Shown in pieces: positions 12,133 through 26,700 of a stretch of 45,123 bases of DNA; the stretch's first letter is position 1; every line of letters begins with the position of its first letter. This stretch comes from an uncultured virus (IMG/VR IMGVR_UViG_2061766007_000731) (lineage: Duplodnaviria; Heunggongvirae; Uroviricota; Caudoviricetes). Under the pieces are notes generated by a model. It saw nothing but the letters and a program-made list of their open reading frames with translations, searched no databases and had not been told where the DNA came from. The stretch is from the IMG/VR virus record IMGVR_UViG_2061766007_000731; one strand, 5' to 3'. The position numbers and the translations under genes are program-made.

Positions 12133-13975
12133 ATGAAAATAAGAACTCATCAAAGTGGAGGTATAGTATATCTTCCTACAACAAATAGAAGTGAAGGNNN
12201 NNNNNNNNNNNNNNNNNNNNNNNNNNNNNNNNNNNNNNNNNNNNNNNNNNNNNNNNNNNNNNNNNNNNNNNNNNNNNNNTGTTACTGTATTTTTAAGACA
12301 ATTAGAAAGAACTTTAGATTTAGCAAATGATCCTACTGGAGAAAATCTTTCTATGCGTGATATTTTAAGAGCTCAAAAACTTGCTAATCAAGTAAAACAA
12401 AATTATGAATCTTATAAAACTGCAGAAAAATCGTTAGAATCACAAGATGCTTGAGCAGAACCCGCTACTACTGTTCGTGGTTGATTATATGTGATGGATA
12501 AAGAATCTGGTGAAATTTCTTCAATTAGTCCAACAACATACGATACTGATAAACATATTGCGTTAACAAACCAAGATTTAATGAATTATCGTAGAGCAAA
12601 TCCAGATATGGCTTTTGATAATGGTTTATTAGATCAATTAAGTTCTGCAGTTGGTATGAAAACTATTACGGATTATGCTCGTGATATAATTAGCGATTTT
12701 GGAAAAACTACAATTACAGGATATAGTGAAAAACAAGCTGATAAGATTCGTGATGGTTTAAACCATATAGTTGCTGGTGATATTGGAAGTATTCAAAGAT
12801 TAGTTATAGCTGGTCCAGATGGCGTATATAAAATATCACAAGAATCTACTGTTGCTGATTCTAATATAAACGCTGCGTTAGAATATTTAAAAAACACATT
12901 ACCAAATTCTTATTTAAATACTTTAAATGGAAAAGCTGCTGCTGAAGGATATGATCCCAATGCTTTATTACTTAGAATGTTATATATTAATACAGATAGA
13001 AAAGTAACAGCTGATTATGATCATACTGCTAGTGAGGATGCTGGAATTGGTGGAGCTGGTAAAGAAAAAGAGCAACTAACACAAAGTACTCTTCCTGATG
13101 AAGTCGCTAGAGGTACCGGATTACAGCAAAGTACTCTATATTTAAGTCCAGAAGCTGAACGGGTATCAGACAAATCTATGATGGCGCTACAGGCATGAAA
13201 TGCTTTCCCTCTTGTAGACGAACATAAAAAACCGCTATATCGTAATAATTTACAGGAATTACTTCCACAAATATACAATATACGAGGTGCTGATTATAGT
13301 CAAATCACATTTGGAAATCAGGTTGTAAATTCTAATGATTTAAAAGCTTTAGTTTGAGATGGAAAAAGTCAAGTTAAACGAGTCGCTTTACCTAAAAAAA
13401 TGTCTGAAAATGGAGAAATTGTTCCAGATTTAGATTTATTAGTTGCATACAATGAAATACTTGCAGAAGTTAGTGATAAACCTGGAATGAGTAAGTTAGA
13501 AATTCAGCAAAAATTAAAAGATAAACTCGGATATGTATCTAATGATATTATTATTGATAATGATAATAATATAATCATAAGACCTGAAAAAATAGGATTT
13601 TTCTTATCATTTGCTGCATATGCAAATAGAGATTTACTTGATATAAATGATAATTCTAAGAAGTTTTTACACCATTTAGATCGCACAGAAGGTAGAGCGT
13701 TGAAAGATGATTATAATAAATTAGTACAATATGGAAAACTAGACGCCAATAAAAAGACACCAAAAATTCATGACGTATCAAGTGCAAAAGGAAATGATTT
13801 TTACTATGGTAACATTTATATGCCAATAAACGATTCTACTCAAGGATTTTATTTATCCAACGATCAATGGTATGATAAAAATACATTTAGAAATGTTGGA
13901 CAAAAAGGATATTTAAATAGTGCTATACAAAATAATATATCTAACGATAATTGAATAACAAATTATGGACAATAG
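12133..13975 (+). CDS. Putative virion cargo protein (~610 aa)
   Basis: Starts MKIRTHQSGG. After the N gap, fragments 12191/12491/13400 share one frame joined by TGA. Ends at TAG 13973-13975, overlapping the next ATG. Confidence 0.72.
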
Positions 13976-16900
13976 GAAAAATGACATGTTTGCTGTAATG
14001 CTTAATCAACCGGATGCTTCATTTGAAGATATGATTATGCATGGTGTTACTGCAGATAATACTACTATTAGAGATAGAGATTATTATAAAAATATTGATG
14101 CTGTAAAAAATAATGACTTTTTTAAAGGTCAAGATGGTAAATTTGACAATGTTAAATTTAATAATTTTTACGACAGTGTTGTGAATACTTATAATTCCTT
14201 TTCTAAGGATGACTACCAGCAAAAAATTATTGATGGTTTAGCAAAAGATCCTTTAGACTGAACACAACCATTTAATAATAATGTTAAAGATATTTCCGCA
14301 GTAATTACAGTTGGTAAAGGTGATTTTGGGCATCGTTCAAAAGGTGTTACTGGTATTGGTACAATAGGGGATCAAATATTTAGTATGCGTGAGATTGCAC
14401 AAGATTCTCGCGTTAGAGATAAAGATGGAAATATTCTTAATTGAAGTCCAAATAGTAGAGGTTTTTTTAAGTCTATATTTGATCCAGCTTATGTATTAGC
14501 AACATACGATGAAGATGGATATCATGTTGAAAATGGGGTTGAAATCGCTCATAAAAAGGGAGATTATAAAATAGATCCAGAAACTGGAGATCCTTTTTAT
14601 GAAGAACTTGGAGATAGAGATCCATATGGAAAAGAAGTATTACGTATTACAGATACGCTAACTGTAGATGGAACGCGTTTAAATAAATGAGATTTTCTCG
14701 ATAGCGATGGTCTTAGTAAAAGCATTGGAAGTACAGTATTACAAACAGCTGTTGCAATAGCTCCATTATTTATTCCAGGTGCAGATGCATTACTGGGAAC
14801 AGTTGGTATGACTTTAGGATTAACTGGAGCTTTACCAGGTTTATTAAAAGGCGTTAGTGGCATTTTTGTTGATAATGATAATCCATATATGAAAGGTTTA
14901 ACTCGTGTTGAGAGTTGAATCGAAAAATGAAAACCTACGCAATCTGATGCGTCTAAAGGAAAATTTGCAACTTTTGAAAATTTAGGGCAAATTGTTAGAT
15001 CAAGTGCTTGACAATTATTCTCACAAAAACAAGTTGCAAATTTATCGCAAACTCTTCTTAAAGGTGGGGATGCGTTAACTAGTACTAAAATTGGTCAAAG
15101 ATTATCTTTAGGGTATATGGCGTTAACGTCTTCTACTGATACGTATAGCGCATTTAAAGAAGCGGGCGCCAATGATGTTGTTGCTGGTTTGGGAATGCTA
15201 GCAACAATGGGANNNNNNNNNNNNNNNNNNATTGATTATTTTAAAGACGCGTTATTTAAAGGTACTTGGTTAGACGAATCTGAAGTCAACAATGTTGTTA
15301 AAAATTATTCTAAAGATAATATAAAACGTTTTATTGAAGCTGAAACAGGCGGTTTAAAGAATATACCACCACCAGCTACTCCAGAAGAAGCAAGAACGTT
15401 ATTTACTAGAATTAAAAATGGGTGATCCAAGTTTATAAAATCTAGTCTTTCTGGTACTCCAAAAGATTTAACTGTTCCTAAAGAAGCAGCTGAAAAAGGA
15501 GCTAAAACGGGTGCTAGAAAAATGCTTTCTAACTTTAACATTATATTAAATCGTTCTGTTAACGAAGGTGTTGAAGAAACTATAGAAGAAATTGCACAAG
15601 ATTTGGTGAAAGGTGTATTTTCTGGTCTTGATGCACTTGGTATACCTTCTACTAAAAATCCCGACGAGCATTTAGATTTTAATTGAAGTTTAAAGGATGC
15701 TTGGCAACGATATATTACATCGTTCGGTGGTGGTTTTCTTGGTGGTACTGTATTTGCCGGATTTACTCAATATCAAAATCGTATTAAAGGAATTCCTACA
15801 ATAGCTGATTTTAATAATACCTCTGAACAAATGCTTTATCTGATTTTAAGTGGTCAAGGACAGCAAATTAAAGATAGAGCTAAAATGTATAGAGATAAAG
15901 GAGTTCTTGGTGATAAAAATTTATCTATAAAAAAATTTAGAGTTGTTGATGGTAAAGCTGTATTTAATCCTGCAGATGGATCAGATAATCAAAATGATTT
16001 TGCGTATGAATTAATAGTACACGAAGTTGATCGTCTTGAAAAGATATTAAACGATTCTGGTATTACAGGAAATGCAATAGCTCGTTATGTAACAGAATTT
16101 GCTGGAAATATAGACGAAGAACTAAAACTTAATAAATTTAATAAAAATAGTGAAGAATTAGATCGTATTAGATTAGTAAGTGGGGCATTAAAAAAACTTC
16201 AACTACATACTACATTTATGGACGATTTAGTAAAAATTGCTAAAGATATTGTAGATGTAGAAGATCAAATTGACACATTAACTCCAAAACCTATTACTGA
16301 TTCGCAAGCTCGCAATCAAGAAAAACAAGAATCTTCTGAAGAATTAAAAAGACTTCAAAATTTAAAACAAGAACTTTTGGCTAAAAAAGACGCTTTTTTA
16401 AATCACGAGAATGATAGAGAGTATATAGAACAAGCTATGTTTATAGCCAATCCAATAATTCAGAAAATGATGTTCACGTTAATATCCGATACTGGTAAAA
16501 TATTGGATTATGATACGACAACTGATGTTTTGAATGGAGAAACTGGATTTTCTAATTATATGCTTCTTCGTTATAAAAAGAATTTGAAAGATTTAACTAA
16601 ATCAGAAAAAGATTTTTATAAAAAAGAATACGATACTTTTATACAAGATCCAACCAATATTCGTGATATTCAAAATGTAGGCAAAATTTTATTTAAACTC
16701 TATAAAGGATTAAATGAAGATTTATCTAGTAAATTAATTAAAGCCNNNNNNNNNNNNNNATCCTTTATATTTTCATAAAGCTCATTATGAATCAAAAGAG
16801 TATAATAATTATATAACTGCTAAAAATATACAATTTGAAAATACTAAAAAAATAAATGAACTTACTACAAAGCTATCTAGTATAGAAGACACTTCTAGTG

Positions 16901-19900
16901 AAGAATATATAAATACTTTATCTGAGTTACAGAGAGCTAAAGATGAACTCGATGAAGCAAATAGTACTGTAGAAAGATATGAAGTAATGTATGATCCTAG
17001 TAAAGATCTATTTGTAGATAGAGTTAATACTGAAGTTAGAAATATACATGATGTTATAACAGATATTGTTTTAGATATAAGGAATCTTCAAAAACTTCCA
17101 CAAAATGATATTACTAAAGCATCAATTGCATCTAAGTTTTCTCAGATATTACAAACAACAACTAATTATTTTACAGAATTAAAAAATAATAATATTATTT
17201 CTGGTGTTGGTGAAGATATGCTACTTCATAAAGTTTTAACTTTTGCTAGTGAAATTTTAAATAAAATCCCACAATCGTACTTTTTTGATGAAAAGACAGA
17301 TTCTTCTCCAATTAGTGATTTAATCTTATCTGGTTATATTGTAAATACAGAAGAATTATATAACGCTTATAGTACATTTGTTCCATTTTTACAAGAAGCT
17401 TTAGAAAAAGGAGATTTGGATTTAATATTACGCGCTTTTGATAACTTAAAGAGTTCGTTGAGAAATTCTGTAGAATGAAATGATAAATCTGGCAATTCTT
17501 TATCTGATGAAGAAATAGATAAAGAATTAGATAGAGCTATCGATGAATTACAAAAAATTATATTTGGTGATAATTTAATAAACTTTATACAAAATACTAA
17601 TGATTTAGTTAAATCTGTAAAGACTTACGGGTTGTCAGATTTATTATCTGATATAAATATTACCGTTGGTGATGATGTAAAACCTGTTCTTGATTTTTTG
17701 GAAGAACAGAAAAAAAGTTTAATTTCTATAGATTTAGAAAAATTTATATTAACACCAAACATAAAAAGTGCGTTGTATAAAATAAGTTCTTTATTACAGT
17801 TAATAGAACCTGTTATTCAATCNNNNNNNNNNACAATTAATTTATTATCTAAAAATGACAAAGACGTTCAATTAGCGGAAATATCAGAGAATACTAAAAA
17901 TAGATTAATTGAAGATTTCGATTATTTACGTAGTGTTGTTAATACATTATTAAAAATTGAAGAAAATAACGATAAGGTTAAAAAAGATTATGCGATAAAA
18001 TCAGAAGTGGCGTTTCATAGAAACTTTATGAATAATATATTAAATGGTACTATTGATAATGAAGCAACTTGAGTTGGTAAATTTTACAAGTGATTTGGTA
18101 TAAATATAAAGGATTTATGAAAACAAGCTGGCGACGAAACTGGTAAAACAATAGAATTACCAACAATTGACGAAAACGAATATGCTGATTATAAAGAACG
18201 TTTTGTTCGTTTCTGAAGTTTATTACGTAAAGAAGCTCTTGCTGGAAAAATGAATGAGGATGGAACTAGAGTTCCAACTAATATTAAAGAAATTGGAATA
18301 TTATTAGGAAGTTCTTTATCTGATGGTACTGCTAGACTTAACGAATATGGCGAAGTAAATGCTGGAGAGCATCAAGGCGATGAAGCTAAAAATAATCTTA
18401 CTAATTTAGGCACTACTGTTGTTATTGGAGCTTTATTAAATGAGGATTATGAATCTTGGTATAAAGATTATATTATTGCTACTGAAGAAGAGGATTATCC
18501 TTATATTGAATTAATGCAGCAAGAATTAGCTACACACATTGGATATGAATTTGGTATATCTGAGATAGGAGATGATTCTATTTTCCATGGAATTATTACT
18601 GGCATTGAAAAGTCTAAAATACATATTCCTGATAGTATAACCGATAAAACGAGAAAAGAAGAGCATTTTAATTCTGTAAAAACTTTAGAGAATTTATTTT
18701 ATGCAGATGGCGGCACTGGTTCTGGAAAATCTACAGCAACAGCGTTTTTAACATATAAAATGCTTAAAAATAGAGCAGAACGTAACGGTAAAAAGATTGA
18801 AATTATCGTAGCAGTTCCAACTGAAAAACAAATGAAAGGCGATAGTGGTTTATTAAAAGTAGAGAAATCTAAATTAATGAAACACGCCGACTTGATGAAA
18901 GCTATTGGTGGAAATGTTGATGGTACTGTAATATATCAAGCTGATTTACGTACCATAAAGGACCCCGATTCAAAAACAAATAAACTGTTTATTGGCCCGC
19001 AAGGTACAAAGAATACTTTAGATACTCAAATAAAGGATACAGTTGTTCCAGATGGCGATATTAAACAATTGTACTCTGAAGAAGATTCATTAAAGTATAT
19101 ATTTATTGATGAAGCTCAACATATGAATCAAGGATCTTTAATGTTACTTAATAAATATGCTGAACAACATGGTATTAAAATATTAATGTATGGCGATAAA
19201 CGTCAAAACGGAGCTCAGTTTACTTATAAAGAAGGAACTCTTGAAGGTAGTTCCGAAGATAATATAAACAATATCGTTGTGCTATCTGCTCCTACATTAG
19301 GAGAAAGTTTACGATTTGAGAATTATGCAAAACAAGTAAATTACAAATCATTAAAAACAGCTATTGATGAAATAGAAGATGCTGTTAAAAAAGAATATGA
19401 GTATGAACACGGTAAAATTAAAGATATCGCCCAAAAAGTTATTGATAATAGAACTGCTACTAATACGAAAGTTTCTTTAAAATATNNNNNNNNNNNNNNN
19501 NNNNNNNNNNNAAACAAATACCTAAAACAAGTATTGACGCTTATATACAAAAGTTTAAACGTTTATCTAAAGCTCTCGGAAAAGAAACTGCAGATGTATG
19601 TGTTATTGTAGAAAATCCTGACGATAAATTAAAATATCTGTCTGAAGGAGTAACAGTGCTTACAGAAGAAGAAGTTCTTACTGCTAGAGAAGTTCAAGGA
19701 AATGAGTATNNNNNNNNNNNNNNNNNNNNNNNNNNNNNNNNNNNNNNNNNNNTACTTGGTTATAAAGATTTATATACGTTAATGGGTAGATCTAAAATTG
19801 GTACTGTAATTGCTTATGATATTGAGTCTGATTTAAAGATCTTAAACGAGGCTAAAGATAAAACTTATACAACCAAAATAAATTCTGAAGAGGATTTTAA

Positions 19901-22900
19901 ATCTTTTGGAGAAAAGAAAACAAANNNNNNNNNNNNNNNNNNNNNNNNNNNNNNNNNNNNAGAAAAAGAAGAAAAACCAAAAGAGAAAGAAGAAAAATCT
20001 AAAGAAAAAGAAGAAAAGCCTAAACCAAAAGATGATTCTTTAACTGGATTTTCTGGTTTGTTAGATGAATCTCCAATAGATACTGCTATATTAGATATTA
20101 AATCTACCGAACTTCCGACAAAAACTATTGCTGAAACAACAACTCAATTTTTTGATTCAGTTCATAAAACAAGAAGTAGAATTAAGAAAGATATAAACGA
20201 TTCTTCTGAACCTCGTTTTAGTTATGATTGAAATGATTATGTAGAATGAGCAGAAACTGGATTGTTGGCAAGTGAGGGTTTAGGTGAAAATAATACTAAG
20301 TCTGTAAAAACATTATCAATATTATCAGAGGCTGAAAAAATAACTGGAGAAAGTGTTAAAGATAATATTAAAACCTTCTTTAGAAAGTTTGCTAGTGCTG
20401 TAGTTTATAATATGGAAATACAAGCTCATCATAGACAAACTTTTAGAAATTTGCTTCCTAAAGGAATTGATGTTGATGTAATAGTAAATGAATGAAATAA
20501 AGAAATTTCAAACGGTTCCCATACATTTGTTGCAGCGTCCGATAATGAAAATAATAAAACAGCTATATATTGAAGATTAAATTATAATGGTAAGATAAAG
20601 TATATACCAATTGCTATTGTTGATGGTACTTTTCAAGGAACTGTTACAGTTAGTGGTAAAACTTCTATCTTTGAAAAAGGTGAAGAGTTTTGAGCTTTAA
20701 GATCTGATCCAAAAGATGGAAACATTTCTGTTAGTAATAGAGATACTAAAGTAGGTATAGTTTCTAAATCTAAAATCTTATCTGTTACTAAAAAAGATAT
20801 AGAAACTGTAGGTAATCCAAGTGATTCTTTAGGAATAAGTACAGATGATACTAAAAACTGACTTGAAGAAACGAATGGTAGATCACAAGCTTTAGTAACA
20901 GATTGTGAAATATTACAGGATGAAGATTTTGCACAGATTTTCAAAGTTAAAACAGAAGACGATCGCATTTTGTATGGATTTAATGTAGATACAATTCAAG
21001 ATGATAATCAAGTTCCAGATGGAATTGATGAAAAATCATTAAAATCTCATCAAAAGAATAGAGTGTCTATAGTTTCTATAAATGGTACTAAAGTTCCAGT
21101 ATTACCAATAAATACTCATAAATATGTGTCTTTATCAACTTTATATAATTTGGCTAATATTGGAAGGTATGCTGCTGGACAGATTTCTTTTAATGCTTTA
21201 TCGGCGAATCAAAAAGCTTTAATTGGAGGGTATGATAGTAAAGCGGCTGCTGTAAAATTTGTAGAAAAGTATTTAGGCGAATTTAATATTAATATTGCAG
21301 ATAGTCATTTAGTTGCTGAAGAACAGAAACAACAAGCGGAAAATAAACGAAAATTAGGATATGACTATCGATTATTAACTGAAAAAGCTTCTTATTCTTT
21401 ACTTGGTGTATTTACAGCTGTAATTAATACATTTGACAAAGAAGTTCAGGATAAATTTTATACTAGTATTCTTAAAACTCTTGTTGTAAAACCTCAAACA
21501 ATTGAAAGATCGCAGATTACATATAAACAGGGATTATATCTTAATTTTCCTATTAGAGTTGGAAATAGAACTGTATATAAAAAATTGTTTATATCCTTAG
21601 AACAAGACACAAATAGTAAAAAAGTTGTAGGTAAAATAAGTGAACTAAAAGGTTATAAAGCTCCATTTGAATTAGGTCAAGATTTGGAAGGAACACTTAC
21701 TTTTGGAAATATTGAGGACATTACATTTAATGATATCATTGAACAGGTTCTTAATAAATTTAAAGATTATAATTTAGAAGGAACAATTGATGAAAATTTA
21801 CTTAAAGGTAAAATTCAGATAAGTTTAATGCAACGTCAAAGTCATCCAGAAAGAAGTATTACTTATAAAATTAACGATGATTATAATTTAGTTACTGCGA
21901 TATTTAGTGGTTTTAGAGAAGATTCTGATTTTATTAATAAATTAGAAGAGCTTTTAACAAATTCTTCTATTTTTAGAGATGGTATTACTTTAAATGATAA
22001 CAGAGTTTTAAGTGATGAAGCAGAACGTTCTCGTGAAGAAAAGAAATGAGCGGATACAAGAAGTATTAATCCTAATTTTATTAGAAGTAATCTTAGAAGA
22101 ATTGAAGGTAGAATTTGATCACTTAAAACAAACAACGGTGAATTATTATTTGACGGATCTGATACAGGTATAATTTTTAAATATAAAAATAATATTGATG
22201 AAGACGTGCCTTATTCATTTGAACCAAAAAATATAAAATGAGAAGGTTCAAAACTTATATGTAATGCTAAAGTTGATTCTGAATGATTATCTAGATTTAC
22301 AGAAGAAAAACAATTTACTACAGAATCTGGTAAACCTGTAAATAGTGCGGTAATTAATAGTATTGATTTTTCAAGTGGAAAAATAGTATTAACTATTGGA
22401 ATGAATCAACAAATTGCAACTCTTGGTAAAAATACTTCTGGTCAATTATTTAGTGTATCTGAAATTAGCAATAATAAAATATCTGATTCTGGTAATTTGC
22501 CTACAATTAATGGAATATCTATTACTGTTAAAGATAATATAATATATACTCATAATAAAAAATTAGTTCCTCTGTTTGAACTTAATGATATTACATATTA
22601 TGTTAGTGAGGATAGTTCTTTAATATTACCTGTTAGTAAAGATTATCAAAAAACAGCTAATCTTACACCTAAAGTTGATAAAGTAATAAGTATTGGTAAA
22701 AATTTGTATAAATCGAGNNNNNNNNNNNNNNNNNNNNNNNNNNNNNNNNNNNNNNNNNNNNNNNTATTATCTTTGAGGATGGAAATTCTCTTGATTATGG
22801 ATTAGTTGATGAAAAATATATACCTAAAGAGTATCAATTACTGCATCAAGCTGAAAACAATCGTCCTGTTAAAAATCATACTTTTACANNNNNNNNNNNN

Positions 22901-23787
22901 NNNNNNNNNNNNNNNNNNNNNNNNNNNNNNNNNNAAAGAAACCTTATATTTCTAAAACTGATAATTCTTTTATATTGTATGGAGAAAGTTGAATTGTAAA
23001 TGGAGCTTGATTATATGCTAATACAGATTATGATGGAATTAATGAAAGTTTTGTAAGTATCGGTGAAGTTATTATTGATACCGATAAAATTAGAATTAAA
23101 ACNNNNNNNNNNNNNNNNNNNNNNNNNNNNNNNNNNNNNNNNNNNNNNNNNNNNNNNNNNNNNNNAGATGGTAATATTCAATATTTACTAGATAAAATAT
23201 CTTCAGAAACTTCCATAGATATAAATTCTTTGAATCTAGAAAGTTCTAATTTTATAGACATGATTCAAGAATTAAACAATAAACTAGAATCTGAAGGTAT
23301 TACTATTGAATATGATCAAAATAATCGTAAAGTAAATATTATAAAAACTCCAAAAGAGCAAATTTTAATTAAACGGTTTGCTGAAAAAAATAATATAGAG
23401 TTAACTAGCGAAATTGAGGAAACACCAGATGATTTTATTACTGTAGACGGTATACGTAACGGGGAGAGAGTTACTATTTATTATTATAAAGATAAAGTTT
23501 TTGAATTTATGAATCGTTCTGAATTAAACGAAATCGTTAAACCAATCGTTCAATTACTAGAAAGTGGTCCTGAATTTGATTCTATACGAAGTGAATTTGT
23601 AAAATTTTCTGATAATTTATCAAGTATGATGAATAAATCCAAGATAGATTGATTTGATAATTTCTTTGTTAATCAAGAAGGTTCTGAATGAGACGATGTA
23701 TTTGAACTTTGAGAAAAAATTAAACCTGTGTTAGATAATTTTGCTGATAGCTTTAATGATGCTACAGATTGTAGAGTAAATTTATAA
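13965..23787 (+). CDS. Giant virion protein (~3270 aa) with N-terminal hydrophobic helices and a central SF1 helicase-like domain
   Basis: Continuous with TGA=W apart from frame changes at N gaps. Hydrophobic segment ~14730-14870 and NEGVEETIEE..FGGGFLGG. Helicase motifs GGTGSGKST (18709), FIDEAQ (19102), YGDKRQ, EVQGNEY, LYTLMGRSK (19770). Ends DCRVNL TAA. Confidence 0.75.
19961..20030 (+). repeat. Low-complexity E/K/P linker repeat (KEKEEKP/S x3)
   Basis: EKEEKPKEKEEKSKEKEEKPKPK, an imperfect 21-bp period just after the helicase domain. Confidence 0.7.
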
Positions 23788-23798
23788 AATAACAAAGT

Positions 23799-26700
23799 AT
23801 GGAATGTGTAACTATTAAGAATGCTTCTGATGCAATCAGAGCTGCTGGTAATGCTTTACGTAGTGGCTCTGATTGAACAGAGGCTTTTGTTGGATTAACA
23901 AGTGATTCTGTAAATATAATTAAGAATCGTATTGCTGAATTTATTCATAATTTTGAAGTAAGCAATAATATATCTATTCAAGACATTCAAAATGCGGATG
24001 TACGAACTAGAAGAAAATTTGCTTCTGCATGAAATTCTGAACAAGATTTATTATTAAATGAATTTAAAGATAAGATTCCAAATAAATATGCAGAAGTTGA
24101 TAAAACAATTAACGATATTAAATTAGAATTTACTAGTAAAGATCCAGATGGATATGATAGAGTAAATAGAAGATTTAAAAAGAATATTGCAGATTGTTCT
24201 ATTTTTCATATAGAATACACAGAGGATGGTAAAATTGCCTCTATTACATCCGTTTTATCTGGATCTCAAGCAAATCAAGATTTACAATTAAATAGAAGAA
24301 TTCATGCTTATAAATTAAGACTTCTTGAAGATATTAATGCTTATACTGGAATAGAAATAAATTATGATTTTTTCTTAAATGATGCTGTATTTACAGATAT
24401 GATAATAAATGCATTATCTCTGTTTGAAGAAAAATTTAATAAATCTTTTGATCCTTCTTCTAAGATTGATGTTGCTGCTCATGATGCATATGTTACATTA
24501 AAATATTTTGATACATTTTTAAAAGATTCTCAAATAATAGATATTAAAGACGCTTATAAAAATTCCGCAACATATGCTCCAGAGATGTACACATACGTTG
24601 GACCTAAATCTACTTTATCAAAACCTTGAGGTGATGATAAAATTTTGGATGCATCTGCCGTAAATAGTCCTATTATAAAATTAATCTTTGATAACATGCC
24701 TGTTTTAAACGCTCAATATCGTTTAGAGCAAGATGTTGAAAATATTCAAAATACAGTAGAAACAAACTTTTTTATGCACGCTATGCAAACATTTAAAAGT
24801 TGATTATACTATAAAGAACAAACTCAAGCTTTATCAGATCTTGATACGGATGAATTATTAACATGATTTAAAGAATTTGTAAAATTTCAGGAAGAGGGAC
24901 AAATCGATACAGAACTTCAGCAATTTAAAATAACACAATTATCTAAATTAAGAGGATTATTAGCAGTTCTTGATTCTAATTTAGATAAAAAAATACTTGA
25001 ATCTATATGACAACATCTTGCCACAAACGAAAGAATGCAGTATGATATGTATTCTTATAAGAGTGGTAAGTGACATAGATTAGAAGGAACCCAAAAACTT
25101 ATTAGTCGCCAAGAACTTAGAATTCTTGATAAAATTCAAGATGCTGTATTTCAATTTACTAATAATCCTGAACGTNNNNNNNNNNNNNNNNNNNNNNNNN
25201 NNNNNNNNNNNNNNNNNNNNNNNNNNNNNNNNNNNNNNAGCCTAATGAATGAGGTATTAGACTTAGATTAAACGCTCAAGATAAAATTGATTTAGAATAT
25301 TATAGAAATGGCACTTGAAGAAGTACACATAAAACTATAGAAATTGGTAGTGGAAAAAACAAACAAATTTTAGAAGGACTATCAGATGCGCAGTTAACTG
25401 AATTTAATGCTAATATAAAACCTATTATTGAAAATTTATTAGGAATGGTTCCTAATAACTGAACGCAACACACCGCTANNNNNNNNNNNNNNNNNNNNNC
25501 TGTAGGTACCACTTTACTTGCAATAAATCCAAAATCATCATCTTTGTTTAATTTTAATACTGTAGGTGAGTCTAAAATTAAAATTTTAAACACAAATAGT
25601 AAACATTTTAAAAATAAACTTAACTCTTTAGCTCAAATGTTTGCTTCTGCTTATAAATCTGATATTACAATTACTCTTAAAAATTTAAACGGTGATGGTA
25701 TTCCAGCATTTAGTTTAACTTCTTGAATACATTCTTTTAAAAGAACCAGAAATAAGTTAGCAAAAGAAGTTAGAGAAGCTAATACTAATGGAGAACAAAT
25801 GTTAAATACATTTCAATATAATTTTGTATATCGAAATTATAGTAAAATTGGTCAACCTTTTGTGAGACGTGATATTTTAATTGACGATGTTAATAAACAA
25901 GCTGTTAATTTATCTGAAAATGAAGTGATGTATTTAGGTTTAGTTTGTGACTTTTTTGAAAGTGTATTTGATGATGATTGTAAATCTGTACATTTTCAAA
26001 GTACAACTAATTCTGATAAAGCAACTCACTGAATTATTCCTTATGGAAAAGATATTTTATTAGTTACTGAAAATGGTGAACATATAAAACTTGGGGATGC
26101 GTTTAAAAGTATTATTAGATCTGATGAAAACGCTAGAAAATCAACTAAAGCTTTTAGAAAAGAAATATACGATTCTAGACGTGGTCAATATATGAATATT
26201 TGTAAAAACTTAATTAATGATTTTAATAAAGTTTTTGGTTTTTCATTAGATACAGATGATGAGAGTGTTTTCGATTCTATTGTTCAGATTAAAGATTTTG
26301 TAAATAATTTTAAATCAGATAAATATTCACAAAACAGAAAATATATTAATAAGAATGGAGAATCTCGCGAATATAATAGTATTGAAGAAGCATTTATTNN
26401 NNNNNNNNNNNNATGAATTACATTTAACTAAAAATGGAACTTTTAATCATTCTTTATTTGATGAAATTCGTGTATATTGTACAAATTCTGACGATTTGTT
26501 TAAATCTAGATTAGATAGGCAGTTAAAATATTTTGTTGAAGATTTAATTAAAAATGGATTTGAATTAAATATTCTTGATGATAAAAATATCAAAAAATTA
26601 GTTTCGGAACTACCAAATAATGGCAAAGATTGAATTGATTATAAAACAGGTAATGTTAAATTAATTAATGAAAGTGGAAACGTTAATCCATTATTAGTAT

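Noticed and set aside
23799..23810. Intein or split intein suggested by the N-terminal Cys
   Set aside because: No Hint-domain blocks or terminal His-Asn recognised, and the Cys is residue 3 after M-E.
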